From IMG/VR virus record IMGVR_UViG_2585427727_000015: DNA of 40,634 nt. One strand, given 5' to 3'. Position numbers and translations under genes: made by a program. The notes under the pieces are model-generated. The model searched no databases, had not been told where the DNA came from, and worked only from the letters and a program-made list of their open reading frames with translations. This document shows positions 34,518-40,634 of this stretch, piece after piece (positions within the stretch are counted from its first letter, which is position 1; the number at the start of each line of letters is the position of its first letter). This stretch comes from a virus (lineage: Duplodnaviria > Heunggongvirae > Uroviricota > Caudoviricetes).

Positions 34518-34533
34518 CTGTATATTTATACAG
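34518..34533. promoter_or_regulatory. LexA (SOS) box CTGTATATTTATACAG overlapping the promoter of the Ant-paralog gene
   Basis: CTGT-N8-ACAG with AT-rich spacer, one change from consensus CTGTATATATATACAG; overlaps extended -10-like TGTATAAAT on minus strand, about 20 nt upstream of the ORF. Confidence 0.7.
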
Positions 34534-34572
34534 TAGCAAATAATTTGTTTGCTATCCAGCACGTTTTGCAAA

Positions 34573-34587
34573 TTACCTGAAAGGTAA
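34573..34587. promoter_or_regulatory. Operator-like palindrome TTACCTGAAAGGTAA in divergent region between Ant-paralog gene and tailspike
   Basis: Perfect copy, identical over 17 nt to the site at 15618. Confidence 0.5.
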
Positions 34588-34691
34588 TATCTATTCATAT
34601 TCACAGTCTTTCTATCCATATATGGTTTTTTGGGTAATAGAATAACCAGATATGCGGCGCAACGGGTGCTGCGACTATCTGGAGATTTAAC

Positions 34692-37007
34692 ATGACGGTC
34701 TCAACCGAAGTTGACCACAACGAATACACAGGTAACGGCGTTACGACATCGTTTCCGTATACTTTTCGAATTTTCAGAAAATCAGACCTGGTTGTTCAGG
34801 TGTCTGACCTGAACGGGAACGTAACAGAATTGGTTCTGGATACCGGTTATACGGTAACTGGGGCGGGCACTTATAGTGGCGGTTCAGTGGTTCTGCCGTC
34901 TCCGCTTGCTGCTGGCTGGCGAATTACGATAGATCGTGTGCTTGATGTAGTGCAGGAGACAGATCTTCGCAATCAGGGAAAATTTTTCCCCGAAGTGCAT
35001 GAAGATGCTTTTGACTACCTGACGATGCTGATCCAGCAATGTTTTGGGTGGTTCAGACGTGCATTGATGAAACCATCTTTGCTTGCAAAATATTACGATG
35101 CAAAGCAAAACAAAATTTCTAACCTTGCAGATCCATCACTTGAGCAGGACGCTGTAAATAATCGCTCAATGCGTAATTATGTCGATGCTGCAATCGCCGG
35201 GGTTGTTGGTGGTTTTGGTTGGTTTATTCAGTATGGTTCTGGAGCAGTATACCGAACGTTCCAGGATAAGATGAGAGACACCGTTAGTGTTTGCGATTTT
35301 GGGGCAAAAGGCGATGGTATAACAGATGATACATCTGCATTGATCTTGGCTGCAGAATATGCACGAGAATCATCCAGAACATTACGAGCGGAAGGTAATT
35401 TTATTATTACGGAGACATTAAATCTTCGTAATGTCAGCCTCGAAATGACCAATGCTGTTTTTACCATATCCCACCCAGGAATAGGGGTATTGCTTGGCGG
35501 GAATGCATCAAACCCTAACAACCCAAGACAAAACTTCGGAACGATTATCAGAAATTCTGGTATTTCATCTGAAACGACACCGGATATTCGTATTATCGGG
35601 GCAAAAGGGCAGCATATAAACATTGAGCGTTGCGACTACTTACAGTTATATGCAAATTATAATGCTTCGGTGGCATCGACGGATTATTCAATAGCATACT
35701 CAACCTTTAACCTGAAAAAGGTCGATACAATTCATTTTCTTGGAGTTGAGAAAGGATGGATAAATGAAAACTATTTTTATCTGAATCGTACGAATAATAT
35801 CATTTTCGCTGATAATCCATATCATCATAACCACAATAAGTTTTATGGTGGAACTATGGAGGGGGCAGGTAAAATTGATATTCAAAGAGGTGATAACAAT
35901 TACTTCTACGGGTTTCGTTTTGAACGATATCCATCATCCCAAACTAACCAACAGTTGATAATTAACTTTGGTGAATATACGTGGAATAACTCAATTGAAG
36001 CTACATGGTTAAGTTCTCCTTACTATACAAATGAGCCATACAATCCATCACCTTACACTTATGTCGAGGTAACTGATAATGGCAAGGGGAATGCAGTATT
36101 TCATATTCAGGAAAATATATCCGATGAAGTAACATTGTTTTCTTTAAATGCTAACACCCCATTTATATCCAGTGCTAACAATGGAGAAGTTGGTGTATTA
36201 GCATTTCAAACAGATGTAGATGGTTTATATAATATCCGTCACCTGGTTTCTTCTAAGTTTGCTTTTATGCGGAATTTTGGGTTGTTATGGGAATCTGGAG
36301 ATGTACCAGTAAGAAATGGTGATATGTTTACATTCTCAGCAGATACGGCATCGTTTCGCATTTACCTGTATGCATTAGATGGAGATGGGAATGTCATAAC
36401 TTCACAAACAGAAGCAATAACTTCTTCTATGCAATGGGATTCATCTAACCATAGATATGCTACTGTTGCTAACATTTCTTCCATTAAGATCAGGATTAAT
36501 AATGAAGGGGTTCCAGTTAGTGCAATTCGTTTAGCTGTGTATTCTGGTGGTAATGTAGCGAATACTGCATTTTCATGGCTATGCTTAACTGGTAGATATT
36601 ACAAAAATAGCACATCCTTGCCAAGGAAAAGAAAAGATAACTTCACCTTAAAACAAGGAAAAGCAATTACTTATTATAGTGATACTGATATTAGTATGGC
36701 TAACATTGGTTCAGGAATTACCTGTTATAAAACCGATTTATCTGAACTCAAAATTAATCTTGTAAGGGGCAGGTATGTAGTGAAATCAATTTCAGGCAGT
36801 GAAATATATGTATACCAAGGAACAGTCACTTATTACCCTCCATTCAGTGATATCAAATTGGTATATACGGATGGGGTTGAAAATAAATTATTAGATGTGC
36901 AAAACATCTCTTCAGGAAAGATTACTCTTGCAGATACAGTACCATCAGCTATATCTGCAGGCGATTTTGTAGATGTTATTGTTACAAAGACGAAATCTAT
37001 TTTATGA
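34692..37007 (+). CDS. Tailspike protein (conserved N-terminal particle-binding domain, AT-rich C-terminal receptor-binding domain, likely O-antigen depolymerase)
   Basis: 771-aa ORF; N-terminus MTVSTEVDHNEYTGNGVTTSFPYTFRIF matches (from memory) the N-terminal domain shared by epsilon15/phiV10-type tailspikes; C-terminal two-thirds markedly lower GC. Confidence 0.8.
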   Translation: MTVSTEVDHNEYTGNGVTTSFPYTFRIFRKSDLVVQVSDLNGNVTELVLDTGYTVTGAGTYSGGSVVLPSPLAAGWRITIDRVLDVVQETDLRNQGKFFPEVHEDAFDYLTMLIQQCFGWFRRALMKPSLLAKYYDAKQNKISNLADPSLEQDAVNNRSMRNYVDAAIAGVVGGFGWFIQYGSGAVYRTFQDKMRDTVSVCDFGAKGDGITDDTSALILAAEYARESSRTLRAEGNFIITETLNLRNVSLEMTNAVFTISHPGIGVLLGGNASNPNNPRQNFGTIIRNSGISSETTPDIRIIGAKGQHINIERCDYLQLYANYNASVASTDYSIAYSTFNLKKVDTIHFLGVEKGWINENYFYLNRTNNIIFADNPYHHNHNKFYGGTMEGAGKIDIQRGDNNYFYGFRFERYPSSQTNQQLIINFGEYTWNNSIEATWLSSPYYTNEPYNPSPYTYVEVTDNGKGNAVFHIQENISDEVTLFSLNANTPFISSANNGEVGVLAFQTDVDGLYNIRHLVSSKFAFMRNFGLLWESGDVPVRNGDMFTFSADTASFRIYLYALDGDGNVITSQTEAITSSMQWDSSNHRYATVANISSIKIRINNEGVPVSAIRLAVYSGGNVANTAFSWLCLTGRYYKNSTSLPRKRKDNFTLKQGKAITYYSDTDISMANIGSGITCYKTDLSELKINLVRGRYVVKSISGSEIYVYQGTVTYYPPFSDIKLVYTDGVENKLLDVQNISSGKITLADTVPSAISAGDFVDVIVTKTKSIL

Positions 37008-37041
37008 AGTGTTTATTTATCCTTATGTTAAAGGAGCGATA

Positions 37042-37326
37042 ATGGATATAACGCCTTTCCTTCATGCGTTTTGTGCTGTGGCTGCGCAGGTACTGATTGG
37101 CCTTTTTACCGGAAACTGGGCTTACGGGGCGATAGCCGGTTGTACGTTCTTCATTGCGCGTGAACACACCCAGGCAGAATATCGCTGGATTGAAATGTTC
37201 GGGCATGGCAAGCGTATGAATATGCCGTGGTGGGGAGGTTTTGATCCGCGCGTATGGGATGTTGGAAGCCTGTTTGACTTTGTTGTTCCTGTTACTGTTT
37301 GTTTTGGTGTTTATTTCTATATTTGA
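37042..37326 (+). CDS. Small membrane protein (94 aa), function unknown
   Basis: AAGGAG SD 5 nt before ATG; hydrophobic N- and C-terminal segments; followed by stable hairpin 37333-37353. Confidence 0.55.
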   Translation: MDITPFLHAFCAVAAQVLIGLFTGNWAYGAIAGCTFFIAREHTQAEYRWIEMFGHGKRMNMPWWGGFDPRVWDVGSLFDFVVPVTVCFGVYFYI

Positions 37327-37475
37327 CTGCTACCGCGCCATTTGATGGCGCGGAATTCAACTAAGCCTCTATATTTTAAATAATTTCTGTACTGCAATCT
37401 CTTCAGAGTTATGTAAAAGGCGAGCCTTATTATCGACATCAAAGGCAGGGGATTTACGATGCTAGGGTAACAAAA

Positions 37476-37489
37476 AACCATAAATGGTT
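37476..37489. promoter_or_regulatory. Palindrome AACCATAAATGGTT upstream of lysis cassette
   Basis: Perfect 6-2-6 inverted repeat about 60 bp upstream of holin start. Confidence 0.35.
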
Positions 37490-37547
37490 TATCATGCATG
37501 ATGCTTTATTATTTAGGGGGTCGTTATGCATATAAATGGTGGAAAAT

Positions 37548-37952
37548 ATGTCAGCTCAACTAACCAGTGAAACATTAAATCAGTGGCTTAGCATGAGTTC
37601 TCTGGCGGCGGTGATAGCAGGAGTGCCTCCTGAGGTTGCTTTGGGAGCTTTGGCTGGCGCGGTAATTTTTGTTACCTCTGCGGTAGAGTACCCAATTCGT
37701 CGTCGCGTACTCTTGTCGATGCTTAGTTTTCTCTGCGGACTTCTTTTCTACAAACCAGCAGCATCAATTCTTATCGGCATAGCCAGCCTGATACCTACCA
37801 TCACGCAGGACTCTTTCGAGAAAGGGATTGTTTTCTCTGCTGGCGCATTTGTGTCAGCAATCGTCGCAGTACGAATTGGCATCTGGCTCTATCACCGTTC
37901 CGATAACCCACGCGAGTTAATTCCGGGGAGAAAAGACGATGGTAACGCATGA
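37548..37952 (+). CDS. Putative holin (class with 3 TM segments; alternative upstream start at 37536 gives dual-start motif)
   Basis: Hydrophobic segments, charged C-terminus, GGTGGA SD; located immediately upstream of endolysin. Confidence 0.6.
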   Translation: MSAQLTSETLNQWLSMSSLAAVIAGVPPEVALGALAGAVIFVTSAVEYPIRRRVLLSMLSFLCGLLFYKPAASILIGIASLIPTITQDSFEKGIVFSAGAFVSAIVAVRIGIWLYHRSDNPRELIPGRKDDGNA

Positions 37953-38247
37953 GTTTTTTTTGCTTATCACCAATGCAGTTATTTGTACTGGCATAGCAAT
38001 TCGCGTTGTCACTTTCCGGCGTAACGGTTCACAACACCGAAGATGGGGGGGGTGGCTTGCTTATTTCCTGATTGTTGCTGCAGCCAGTATTCCAGTTCGT
38101 GTCGTCTATGCAATCTGGTTACGCACGCCAATGGCTGTGGATTTATCTGAAGTCATTATCAACGCTGTCATGCTTGCTGCGGTTATTAAAACGCGCGGTA
38201 ACGTCGTTCAGATTTTCAAAATAACGAGGTCTAAACATGGAGATTAA
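37939..38247 (+). CDS. Second small membrane protein of lysis cassette (holin/antiholin-like)
   Basis: 102-aa ORF with 2-3 hydrophobic segments overlapping neighbours on both sides. Confidence 0.5.
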   Translation: MVTHEFFLLITNAVICTGIAIRVVTFRRNGSQHRRWGGWLAYFLIVAAASIPVRVVYAIWLRTPMAVDLSEVIINAVMLAAVIKTRGNVVQIFKITRSKHGD

Positions 38248-38866
38248 ACAATTCCAGCGAGCTGCTGGTATTAGCGAGGCGCTGGCCGCTCGCTGGTTCT
38301 CGCATATAACTTCTGCGATGAAAGAGTTTGGTATCAGCAAAGCAGAAGATCAGGCAATGTTTATTGCTCAAGTTGGGCATGAGTCTGGGGGGTTCACCAG
38401 GTTGCAGGAGAATTTCAACTACAGCGTTACCGGACTGGCTAACTTCGTTCGGGCTGGGCGTCTCACTCAGGGGCAGGCTAATGCACTGGGGCGCCGTGCT
38501 GGTGAACCACCATTGCCACTTGAGCGCCAGCGCGCGATCGCAAATCTGGTATACAGCAAACGCATGGGGAACAATGCCCCTGGTGATGGCTGGAATTACC
38601 GAGGGCGCGGACTTATCCAGATTACCGGTTTGAATAACTATCGTGATTGCGGAAACGGTCTGAAGGTTGACCTGCTGGAGAGCCCTGAACTGCTGGCGCA
38701 GGACGAATATGCGGCTCGTAGCGCGGCGTGGTTCTTCGCCAGCAAAGGATGCATGAAGTATACCGGCGATATTGCACGTGTAACTCTGATTATCAATGGT
38801 GGCCGGAACGGCATCGACGACCGGCGAGCGCGGTACATCACTGCCAGTAAGGTGCTGGCGGTATGA
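38237..38866 (+). CDS. Endolysin, glycoside hydrolase family 19 (chitinase-like lysozyme)
   Basis: [10 protein letters not shown]...ENFNYS motif characteristic of GH19 endolysins; position between holins and spanins. Confidence 0.8.
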   Translation: MEIKQFQRAAGISEALAARWFSHITSAMKEFGISKAEDQAMFIAQVGHESGGFTRLQENFNYSVTGLANFVRAGRLTQGQANALGRRAGEPPLPLERQRAIANLVYSKRMGNNAPGDGWNYRGRGLIQITGLNNYRDCGNGLKVDLLESPELLAQDEYAARSAAWFFASKGCMKYTGDIARVTLIINGGRNGIDDRRARYITASKVLAV

Positions 38867-39345
38867 TCTGGGCATTCGTAAAAGCATACTGGAAACAGTT
38901 GATTATCGTGGCAGTGCTTGCTGTTCTGGTCATATCAGGAGTTGTTGCCTGGAATATACACGGCAGTCGCCAGTACGATGCCGGGTATGCTCAGGCGGAA
39001 GAAGACCGCAAAGCCGAAGAAGACAAAGTTCGTCAGTACTACGAACAGGAGAAAGTGACCAATGAACGTGAAGCTCAGCAGAGGATCGACCAGGCGCGCA
39101 ATGATGCTCTTGATGCTGCCGCTAGCGCTGGCCGGTTGCAGCAACAACTCTTTGCCATCCGTGAGCAGCTCAGGCAGTATAACGCCATTGTCGGCGCTGG
39201 GTCGTCAGCCGCAGACACCGGAGTTTTGCTTGCCGACGTGCTCAGCAAATCTCTCGAGAGAAACAGACAACTGGCAGAGTATGCTGACCGGGCAGCCGAA
39301 GCCGGAAGAGTCTGCGAAAAACAGTACGACACTTTGACCAGATAG
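38863..39345 (+). CDS. i-spanin (Rz-like)
   Basis: N-terminal TM helix then charged coiled-coil; contains embedded lipoprotein ORF in +1 frame. Confidence 0.75.
   Translation: MIWAFVKAYWKQLIIVAVLAVLVISGVVAWNIHGSRQYDAGYAQAEEDRKAEEDKVRQYYEQEKVTNEREAQQRIDQARNDALDAAASAGRLQQQLFAIREQLRQYNAIVGAGSSAADTGVLLADVLSKSLERNRQLAEYADRAAEAGRVCEKQYDTLTR
39062..39337 (+). CDS. o-spanin (Rz1-like outer-membrane lipoprotein) embedded within i-spanin gene; true start may be an internal Met (39101/39104)
   Basis: Lipobox LALAGC after signal-like MMLLMLP; nested in alternate frame of Rz-like gene. Confidence 0.6.
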   Translation: MNVKLSRGSTRRAMMLLMLPLALAGCSNNSLPSVSSSGSITPLSALGRQPQTPEFCLPTCSANLSRETDNWQSMLTGQPKPEESAKNSTTL

Positions 39346-39499
39346 CATGGCATTTTTCATGGTACTGATTTCCGGTGACGGTATATAAAACGGTACGGGA
39401 AAAATTGAGATTTGGAAAAATGTTATCACTCAATTGGTTATGGTTATCGTAAATAATTGAGTGGGAGTGATTTGATCCCTGCACTATGAATGAACAAAA

Positions 39500-39526
39500 C
39501 CCTCTGTTACTACAGAGGGTTTTTTA
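39500..39526. terminator. Bidirectional rho-independent terminator at right end of prophage
   Basis: AAAACCCTCTG-TTACTA-CAGAGGGTTTTTT. Confidence 0.7.
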
Positions 39527-39563
39527 TCTTCAAGAATTATAGGCTTGAAGTTACTTACATCGA

Positions 39564-40103
39564 TTAATTAAACCAGCTGTCCGATTTGTTCTCTTCTGCT
39601 TTGCCCACGCTTTTCATCAGATCTCGACCGCCCTCAGTCATATTCCTGTTTGCGTCAGCTTCAGATTGCACCACATCGGTTTGCGCAGCTTTGTGCTTCA
39701 GTTCCTGATCGATAAATTCGTTTTCTCGCTTAACGCGGGCTTCTTCTTTCGCCAGCGCCAGTTTTTGTTTCTGAATCTCTAAGCTGCGTAGCTCATCTTC
39801 ATAACTTTGATCGCGTTTTTTGTCCGCAGAGGCTTCGGCGTCCAGTTTATCCTGACGAGCTTTCTTATTTGCCGCTGCCGTTGCCGCTCTTTTGTTAGCG
39901 GCGGCCTGGGCGTTTGCGCGACGTTGCTTCTCTTGCTGGATTTCCCTGTTGCGCTCCGCGACCCATTCGTCATGCTGCCTTTGCTCTTCATTTTTACCTT
40001 GCTGTTCCGCTTCTGCGACAGCAGAGAGTTGATCCTGCAATGATGAGGCGATAGCCGGATAGCTTAAGGAGGCTAAGATGGCGCAAAGAAAAACTTTCTT
40101 CAT
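39564..40103 (-). CDS. Secreted coiled-coil protein (signal peptide; Lys/Ala/Glu-rich), probably host-encoded or boundary gene
   Basis: 179-aa ORF with signal-peptide-like N-terminus MKKVFLCAILASLSYPAIA. Confidence 0.6.
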   Translation of the reverse strand: MKKVFLCAILASLSYPAIASSLQDQLSAVAEAEQQGKNEEQRQHDEWVAERNREIQQEKQRRANAQAAANKRAATAAANKKARQDKLDAEASADKKRDQSYEDELRSLEIQKQKLALAKEEARVKRENEFIDQELKHKAAQTDVVQSEADANRNMTEGGRDLMKSVGKAEENKSDSWFN

Positions 40104-40118
40104 GACTCCTCCTGATCA

Positions 40119-40634
40119 TTAGCTCTTTTCAGGACATTTGGTATTTGGCTGAATACGCGTTTCGTTATACGTCGTGGTAATAACAACGGCTAAACCTGTC
40201 GTAAACTGGCACTCTTTACCCACCTGGGTGGAGGTATACACTTTGGTGCCTTCCTTATACGTTAGAGAAACACCTTCCACTAAGGTTTTATCATTCACCA
40301 TAGAACCCGCTGCCGCGCCAACAGCTCCGCCGCCAACTGCACCTGCCGTCGTTCCGGAATTGCTGCCAGACCCGACGTTGTGGCCAATAACACCGCCAGC
40401 GACTGCACCAATAAGCGCGCCGAAGGCTTGTGCGTTTCGTTTATTTTGGGAGTTGTCTACGGCAACTTTTGCGGGAAGAATGGAAATAATATTAACGGTT
40501 TTAGTTTCTTGTTTGGTATTCAGTTGATCGGTTTGATAAACATCGGCGGCATGATCATCAGCATTTGACTGGCATCCTGCCAGAGTGAATGACGCTAACA
40601 TTGCCACAGGCAGAAGACATTTTTTAAATTTCAT
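40119..40634 (-). CDS. Glycine-zipper lipoprotein (YcfJ/SlyB-like), probably host-encoded
   Basis: Lipobox FTLAGC; GALIGAVAGGVIGHNVGSG glycine-zipper motif; start codon at window edge. Confidence 0.65.
   Translation of the reverse strand: MKFKKCLLPVAMLASFTLAGCQSNADDHAADVYQTDQLNTKQETKTVNIISILPAKVAVDNSQNKRNAQAFGALIGAVAGGVIGHNVGSGSNSGTTAGAVGGGAVGAAAGSMVNDKTLVEGVSLTYKEGTKVYTSTQVGKECQFTTGLAVVITTTYNETRIQPNTKCPEKS

Noticed and set aside
39564-40634. Right-flank lipoprotein and coiled-coil genes as phage lysogenic-conversion genes
   Set aside because: They lie beyond the spanins and a strong terminator, on the opposite strand, and resemble common enterobacterial envelope proteins; more likely host genes, but this cannot be settled without the host flank.

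Overview
The window is essentially one complete temperate prophage of about 39.4 kb, followed by two minus-strand genes that are probably host or boundary genes (39564-40634). By gene order and the tailspike N-terminus it looks like an epsilon15/phiV10-like podovirus; that assignment is from memory, not a search. Order: integrase (1-1251); leftward early operon (small ORFs, exonuclease, RecT/Bet recombinase, Xis/AlpA-like, MT-A70 methyltransferase); immunity region (repressor 5100-5684 divergent from a Cro-like gene); replication module (O-like initiator with internal iterons, P-like loader); a block of small genes (DUF1064-like, Ea22-like, DUF551, ASCH-like); TerS/TerL; an AT-rich minus-strand insertion with tRNA-Arg(UCU); portal, scaffold, capsid, T7-like tail/nozzle and internal virion proteins; a minus-strand accessory island (210-aa orphan, Ant antirepressor, short Ant C-domain paralog); tailspike; holins, GH19 endolysin and nested spanins. 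Main findings: (1) a 15-bp palindrome TTACC-N5-GGTAA occurs in 9 perfect copies (plus 5 near-perfect), all non-coding and mostly overlapping promoters, suggesting a genome-wide operator network; (2) a perfect LexA box sits at the promoter of the short Ant-paralog gene, upstream of a structured leader with terminator and the full ant gene, suggesting SOS induction by an antirepressor cascade; (3) the portal gene carries an in-frame TAG; (4) the AT-rich moron is split into two overlapping ORFs at an A8/T8 tract. Protein family calls rest on remembered motifs and were not checked against databases.
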